NCBI GenBank assembly: GCA_001773385.1
Contig: MEWJ01000020.1
Span: 1 to 57,171, forward strand
Origin: a candidate division WWE3 bacterium RIFOXYD1_FULL_43_17
GTDB taxonomy: Bacteria > Patescibacteriota > WWE3 > UBA101185 > UBA10185
DNA length: 57,171 nucleotides
Reading direction: 5' to 3'
Position numbers and translations under genes: made by a program. Under the pieces are notes generated by a model that saw only the letters and a list, made by a program, of their open reading frames with translations, had not been told where the DNA came from and searched no databases. Shown piece by piece: positions 52,253-57,171 of this stretch (position 1 is its first letter; every line of letters starts with the position of its first letter).

Positions 52253-53408
52253 CTATAGCCTCAATTTTCTTGTTCCACGAATATTTTGATCTGATGAGCT
52301 GAATATCTACATCTCTCGGTTTATCCGTGATCTCAATTATTTTATCCGCTATGGCTTGAGGCTCCAGGTTATCCAGATAGAATACTCCGCGGATATCCTC
52401 GGATATTTTAAATCCGGAAACGAGGCAGGGAATTCCGCACGAGAGTCCCTGCATAACAGCTTTGGGAAGCCCTTCCCAGGATGACGGCAACACAAATAAA
52501 TCCGCTACCTGATACGCTATCGGAACGTGGGGATACGGAGTGTAACCTGTTTTAATAATTCTATGTTCGACTTTTTTTTGTTTCATCTGCTCATTTAATT
52601 TTTCCACATAAGTGGGGTCGCCCGAACCCGATAATAAAAGTTTGAAGTCTTCGGGAAGAAGAGCCAATGCATCAATTAAAATGTGGATGTTTTTTCTCTC
52701 ATTCATTACACCGTGGTTTAGTATAACTTTATCGAATCTGTCGAAACCTATTTCTTTGCGGGATTTTTCCTTTTCCTCTTCGCCGACAGGAACGAACATT
52801 TCGGTGTTCACTCCGGTCTCTATAAGAAAACATTTGTTCGGATTTACTCCGTAATACTCCTGAGCTTCTTTTTTATTCTCTTCGCTTACGAAAATACATG
52901 CAGACGCGGCTTTTACCGCCATCCTGTCCGAAAATACGGCCATGGGCCAACCCAGCATCTTAGACATAGGTTTGATGGGCTTTCCCTGCTTCTCGAACGT
53001 AACCCATCTGCCTTTCGCGGTATTGTGAAAGTGAACCACCAAAGGTATCTTAAGTTCTTTTGCCCAGGGAAAATGTTTTTTCAAAAATACTCTGTAAGCG
53101 TAAAGCCATATAGCAAAATGCCCGTGGCAGTGAATAACGTCCGGCTTATGTGTTTTTCTGTATTTTAAATAGCGGTAAAAAAGCACAACGCTGCTTGTGA
53201 AAAAAATTGTGTCCGGATATGGTTCACGGTCGATTGCATTTATCTCCAAACCATCAAGTTTTACAGGGCCGCCCGAGTTTGGCCACTGTCCGCAGAACAA
53301 TGTTACTTTGTGACCCTGTCTCAGCTGTGCCGCGGTAATTTCGTATGGATGGGGAGCCAGTCCCTGCCAGGGATTAGGCCAGTCGTAGACTATTCTCAAG
53401 ATATTCAT
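52215..53408 (-). CDS. GT4-family glycosyltransferase
   Basis: 397 aa. PSSWEGLPKAVMQGLSCGIPCLVS motif. Confidence 0.75.
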   Translation of the reverse strand: MNILRIVYDWPNPWQGLAPHPYEITAAQLRQGHKVTLFCGQWPNSGGPVKLDGLEINAIDREPYPDTIFFTSSVVLFYRYLKYRKTHKPDVIHCHGHFAIWLYAYRVFLKKHFPWAKELKIPLVVHFHNTAKGRWVTFEKQGKPIKPMSKMLGWPMAVFSDRMAVKAASACIFVSEENKKEAQEYYGVNPNKCFLIETGVNTEMFVPVGEEEKEKSRKEIGFDRFDKVILNHGVMNERKNIHILIDALALLPEDFKLLLSGSGDPTYVEKLNEQMKQKKVEHRIIKTGYTPYPHVPIAYQVADLFVLPSSWEGLPKAVMQGLSCGIPCLVSGFKISEDIRGVFYLDNLEPQAIADKIIEITDKPRDVDIQLIRSKYSWNKKIEAIDEIYDFATKNYI

Positions 53409-54598
53409 GATTTTAATTCCTTAAATATTCCCTCATAAGAGTCTAGCATTTTATCAAGTGTAAATCTCTCCGTTGCCTTATTTAAGGCATTAACGCCCAG
53501 CTTCCTTGCCAACTCCGGATCACTTTTCAGCCCGTTCAGTTTGCTCTTAAATACGAAGAATTTTCCCGGGGTCACAAGATAACCGGTCTCCCCATCGGTT
53601 ACAGCGTCCGATACTCCGCCCAGGTCAAAGGCTACGACAGGAAGTTGACCGAACATCGCCTCAACTAAAACCATGGGAAATCCTTCCAGCCTTGAAGTCG
53701 GAAAAACAAATGCGTCAAATCTTGCGGGATTGTACATGCGTAAAACTTCGGCGTAATCCAATTTTCCCCTCAAAGTTATTCTTCCTTCGCTTTTACCTGA
53801 AATCGCGCCCAACTCTTCTTGCAAATCTCCCGCTCCGACAATATCCAAAGTAAAATCTTTCATGTCTTCTCCGGCAACAATTTCAGCAAGTTTTCCTATG
53901 CCTTTTGAACGGATTAACTGACCAACGTAGAGTAAGCGGAACTTTCCTACAGCACCTCTTTCTCCATCAACAGTTTCAACTTTTAAAGGTTTTATTCCGT
54001 TATTAATAACCCTAACTTTGGCGTCCTCGACAAAGGTTTCATCGATTAATGCTTTTTTTACTGAGTTGGACACCGCTACGACGACATCGGAACCGTGCAC
54101 AAATTCTCTTTGGACCGTAAAGAAATTTTTCAAAACGTGAGGAAGGTCGAGAGCGGCTCTTAATAAACCTTTTATTGATGAGTCACTTTTAAACTTCGTT
54201 TGAAGCTCCCCGATTTTTGTACCGTGTGAAATAGAGACGATAGGCAATCCGAACTCTTCTTTATGTCTGATTACACCTACCGCGCCGGAACTTTGTCCTA
54301 AAATTAATTCGAATTCTTCTGTCTTTTGTAGTTCACGGAAAACCTCGTATGATTTTTCTACCCAGCCGTCTTTTTTTGAAACGGTTACAGAACTGTAGTG
54401 TGCTGTTTTGCAGTCTACAAAAATGTATTTAACACCGTTCTCTACCGCCTGCTCTTTTTCTTTTGCAAATCTAGGGGTAAAAACCGTAACTTTATGACCG
54501 CGTGAAACCAGCCCCTCACACAAAAGTTTATTTTGAGTTTCTAATCCGCCGTAAGAACCACTGAAGGTCGTAGATTTTATAAATACGGCAATTTTCAT
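53405..54598 (-). CDS. GT4-family glycosyltransferase
   Basis: 397 aa. PTSRLEGFPMVLVEAMFGQLPVVAFDLGG motif. Confidence 0.8.
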   Translation of the reverse strand: MKIAVFIKSTTFSGSYGGLETQNKLLCEGLVSRGHKVTVFTPRFAKEKEQAVENGVKYIFVDCKTAHYSSVTVSKKDGWVEKSYEVFRELQKTEEFELILGQSSGAVGVIRHKEEFGLPIVSISHGTKIGELQTKFKSDSSIKGLLRAALDLPHVLKNFFTVQREFVHGSDVVVAVSNSVKKALIDETFVEDAKVRVINNGIKPLKVETVDGERGAVGKFRLLYVGQLIRSKGIGKLAEIVAGEDMKDFTLDIVGAGDLQEELGAISGKSEGRITLRGKLDYAEVLRMYNPARFDAFVFPTSRLEGFPMVLVEAMFGQLPVVAFDLGGVSDAVTDGETGYLVTPGKFFVFKSKLNGLKSDPELARKLGVNALNKATERFTLDKMLDSYEGIFKELKS

Positions 54599-55804
54599 TT
54601 AGAGGGACTCCTTTATAATAAGATCTTCCATCAGGGCAACATTTGTTTCTATATTAAATTCCGCAGAAACTTTCTTGTGTGCTTCTTCCGCTAACCTCCT
54701 TGCAAGTTCTTTATCATTTAAAACACGTTTAAGGCCGTCTGCCAAAGCTAAGGGGTCTTTTTGAGGCACTATTACACCGCTCTCTTCATTTTCCAGAAAC
54801 TCTTTTGTACTTCCTGAGTCCGTGGCAACTATCGGCAAACGTGAGGCAGCGGCTTCAAGCAGAACATTCGCGATACCGTCGGCGTCCCCTTCCTCCGTGT
54901 TGATGCCTGAAAATACGAACACGTTGCTTGTAGAGTAATACTTGCTGGTTTCAGAAAATGGGAGACCGGCACCCTCGCCCAATATTTCAACCTGACCGGA
55001 AAGCCCTAAATCCGAAATCTGTTTGCTAAGTTCTGCATATAAACTTCCGGGACCGATTAACAATAGTTTGAACTGCACACCTTCGTCATAAAGGATTCTT
55101 GCAGCTTCCAACAAATATTTTTGACCTTTTTTTTCTTCAAGACGCCCGATGTTAAGTATTACAGGTACGTCGTACTTCCTTCCGGCATTTCCAAACTTTG
55201 CCAGATCTAGCCCGTGGTATTTTAATAAAATTTTGTGGGAGTAATCACCGTCAACCGTACTAACACAATTTTCATACGCGTGTTTGTTGCAGATCAAAAC
55301 AAAGGCCGCGTTCTCGGATTTTTCTTTCATGCAGTGAGGACTGACCGTTACATCTTTAGCGTGAGCAGATATTGCGTAAGGGACACCGAGCACTATTGAA
55401 GCCACCATTACGATTGTGCTAGATTCAGACATAAAGTGCGCAAGTATAAAGTCCGGTTTGGAGGATGAAAAGATCTGCGCGTAACCCATACCTTTAAGCA
55501 GTGTATAGTACTCATTTTTACACCCCCTAAGGATGCGCAAGGCTTTGGAGATATTTTTTCCTGCGCTGAAGAAAAACCTCAACGACAGAATAAGGTCCGA
55601 AATGGAAAGTCTTTTATATTTAACAAGAGGTTCGAGAACGGAGCTCACCTCACCGGACCCTCTACGCAAAGATAGTATGGAAAGGTCCAGGTTTCCTCTT
55701 TCGGCTATTTTCGCGAGCTCGCGTTCAATAAAAGTCTCCGTCAGCACCGGAAATTCCGGAACGAAGATAATGACTTTCTTTTTAGTGCTGCCCGGTTGAA
55801 CCAT
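54599..55804 (-). CDS. GT4-family glycosyltransferase
   Basis: 401 aa. EEGDADGIANVLLEAAASRLPIVATDSG motif. Confidence 0.75.
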   Translation of the reverse strand: MVQPGSTKKKVIIFVPEFPVLTETFIERELAKIAERGNLDLSILSLRRGSGEVSSVLEPLVKYKRLSISDLILSLRFFFSAGKNISKALRILRGCKNEYYTLLKGMGYAQIFSSSKPDFILAHFMSESSTIVMVASIVLGVPYAISAHAKDVTVSPHCMKEKSENAAFVLICNKHAYENCVSTVDGDYSHKILLKYHGLDLAKFGNAGRKYDVPVILNIGRLEEKKGQKYLLEAARILYDEGVQFKLLLIGPGSLYAELSKQISDLGLSGQVEILGEGAGLPFSETSKYYSTSNVFVFSGINTEEGDADGIANVLLEAAASRLPIVATDSGSTKEFLENEESGVIVPQKDPLALADGLKRVLNDKELARRLAEEAHKKVSAEFNIETNVALMEDLIIKESL

Positions 55805-57167
55805 TGGTGTTAAGTAGTACCGTCTGATACAGATTCCTTGTATCTATTTTAACCATACCGTTAGTCCTTTTACCAACAGCAAAATATGTGAAGCCCATAC
55901 CTTCAACCTTTGAGCGGTCCAACAGATTTCTTCCGTCGAATATAACGGGTGATTTCAACATTGATTTCACTTTATCTAATTCGATTGTCGCGAATTCCTG
56001 CCACTCGGTGAGTACGAACAAAGCATCCGCACCCTGCATGGTTTCGTATTTATCCAAACAATATTCGACGTTTACCGAACCTAAAACCTGTTTGGCGTTG
56101 TACATTGCTTCGGGATCGTAAACTCTCAGTGTTGCTCCCAGTCCGCGCAACTTTTTGCACAGTTCTATTGAGACTGAGTCTCTTATGTCGTCGGTGTTCC
56201 CTTTGAAAGCAAGTCCCAATATAGCAAATGTTCTTCCGGAAAGATTTTTCCCGAAATGTCTGAGTACTTTATTCGCGAAGTTCTCTCTTTGGGCGATGTT
56301 GACTTCCATAACACTTCTTAAAAGCTTGAAATCATAGTCCTGGTCGGTTGATGTTTTGTAAAGTGCGGCAACATCTTTCGGAAAGCAGCTTCCGCCGTAC
56401 CCGATACCTGCATTAAGAAACGCTGCACCGACTCTTTTATCCAATCCCATGCCTTTTGCAACTACTGTAACGTCGGCTCCTGCTCTTTCACAAATCTGAG
56501 CTATTTCATTGATAAATGATATTTTTGCAGCTAAAAATCCGTTTGAAGCGTATTTAATCATTTCTGCTGATCTGAGATCGCATTCAACGATAGGAGTATT
56601 CAGGTGTTCATAAAGTCTTCTCATTACAGAGTGCGCTTTTTCTGTTTCCGCTCCAACAACAGTTCTGTCGGGCTTGGCCATATCTTCAACTGAAGAACCT
56701 TCTCTTAAAAACTCGGGGTTTGATGCGACGTCAAATTCGATCTGCTGGTTAGCAAGATTTTCTTTGATGATCATTTTTACTTTTTCATTAGTTCCTACAG
56801 GAACCGTACTTTTTGTAACAATAACTTTGTATCCGTTCATATTCTTACCGATGTCTTTTGCAACTTCCCACACTTGTGAGAGATCTGCCGCACCTGTGTC
56901 GCTTTGGGGAGTACCGACACAGATAAAAACAATTTCGGCGTCTTTAATACCATCTGCAATTGAAGTTGTGAACGAAAGCCTGTTTTGTGAAATATTTCTT
57001 AAAACGATTTCCGACAGACCGGGTTCGTAAATGGGCATTTCGCCTTTTTGTATTCGCGCGATCTTTTCGGTATCAATGTCGACACCGACTACATCATTGC
57101 CCCAATCTGAAAAAATTGCTGCTCCTACCAAACCTACATAACCTGTACCTATAACGCATAGTTTCAT
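55782..57167 (-). CDS. ugd: UDP-glucose 6-dehydrogenase / nucleotide-sugar dehydrogenase
   Basis: 461 aa. VIGTGYVGLVGAA Rossmann loop, NPEFLREG and catalytic GGSCFPKD motif. Confidence 0.85.
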   Translation of the reverse strand: MKLCVIGTGYVGLVGAAIFSDWGNDVVGVDIDTEKIARIQKGEMPIYEPGLSEIVLRNISQNRLSFTTSIADGIKDAEIVFICVGTPQSDTGAADLSQVWEVAKDIGKNMNGYKVIVTKSTVPVGTNEKVKMIIKENLANQQIEFDVASNPEFLREGSSVEDMAKPDRTVVGAETEKAHSVMRRLYEHLNTPIVECDLRSAEMIKYASNGFLAAKISFINEIAQICERAGADVTVVAKGMGLDKRVGAAFLNAGIGYGGSCFPKDVAALYKTSTDQDYDFKLLRSVMEVNIAQRENFANKVLRHFGKNLSGRTFAILGLAFKGNTDDIRDSVSIELCKKLRGLGATLRVYDPEAMYNAKQVLGSVNVEYCLDKYETMQGADALFVLTEWQEFATIELDKVKSMLKSPVIFDGRNLLDRSKVEGMGFTYFAVGKRTNGMVKIDTRNLYQTVLLNTNGSTGQH

Positions 57168-57171
57168 AGTT

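Noticed and set aside
1-57171. Search for mobile-element hallmarks (transposase, integrase, long terminal inverted repeats) that could explain the island or the AT-rich block
   Set aside because: No ORF shows DDE, tyrosine- or serine-recombinase motifs, and I found no long inverted repeats. Any lateral-transfer interpretation therefore rests on composition and strand anomaly alone.

Overview
Gene-dense, low-GC 57-kb window dominated by one very large cell-surface glycan / glycoconjugate assembly locus. Almost all genes lie on the minus strand in long, translationally coupled runs with many 4-nt ATGA stop/start overlaps. By motif reading I count about 17 soluble glycosyltransferases (10 GT4, 6 GT2, 1 GT10-like), 7 class I SAM methyltransferases and 3 MOP/Wzx-type flippases. 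There are also 5 ArnT/PMT-like GT-C membrane transferases (one fused to an O-antigen-ligase-like domain), a DUF2079-type protein and 4 unassignable polytopic membrane proteins. Other genes are rmlB, rmlD, ugd, a B12-binding radical SAM enzyme next to a small ferredoxin, and an HD-domain protein. I saw no rRNA, tRNA, CRISPR array, transposase or integrase. TGA is used as a stop, so the genetic code is standard. The gene style resembles small-genome, CPR/Patescibacteria-like bacteria, but I cannot verify taxonomy. The most anomalous element is a roughly 2-kb plus-strand island (34.74-36.70 kb). It holds six orphan small-protein ORFs in two transcription units with their own promoters and terminators. 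It includes a tandem paralog pair, ends at a tandem 20-25-nt repeat, and converges on the radical SAM gene. Other points of interest are the Wzy_C::GT39 fusion, an AT-rich sub-cluster (19.8-32.1 kb) of orphan membrane proteins, methyltransferases and a GT10-like enzyme, and an HprK-like protein with a degenerate P-loop. A small Zn-finger-like gene has its own promoter and terminator, and -10 elements recur 6-9 nt upstream of SD-less start codons, suggesting leaderless transcripts. All functional calls come from motifs read by eye in the supplied translations; no database search was run.
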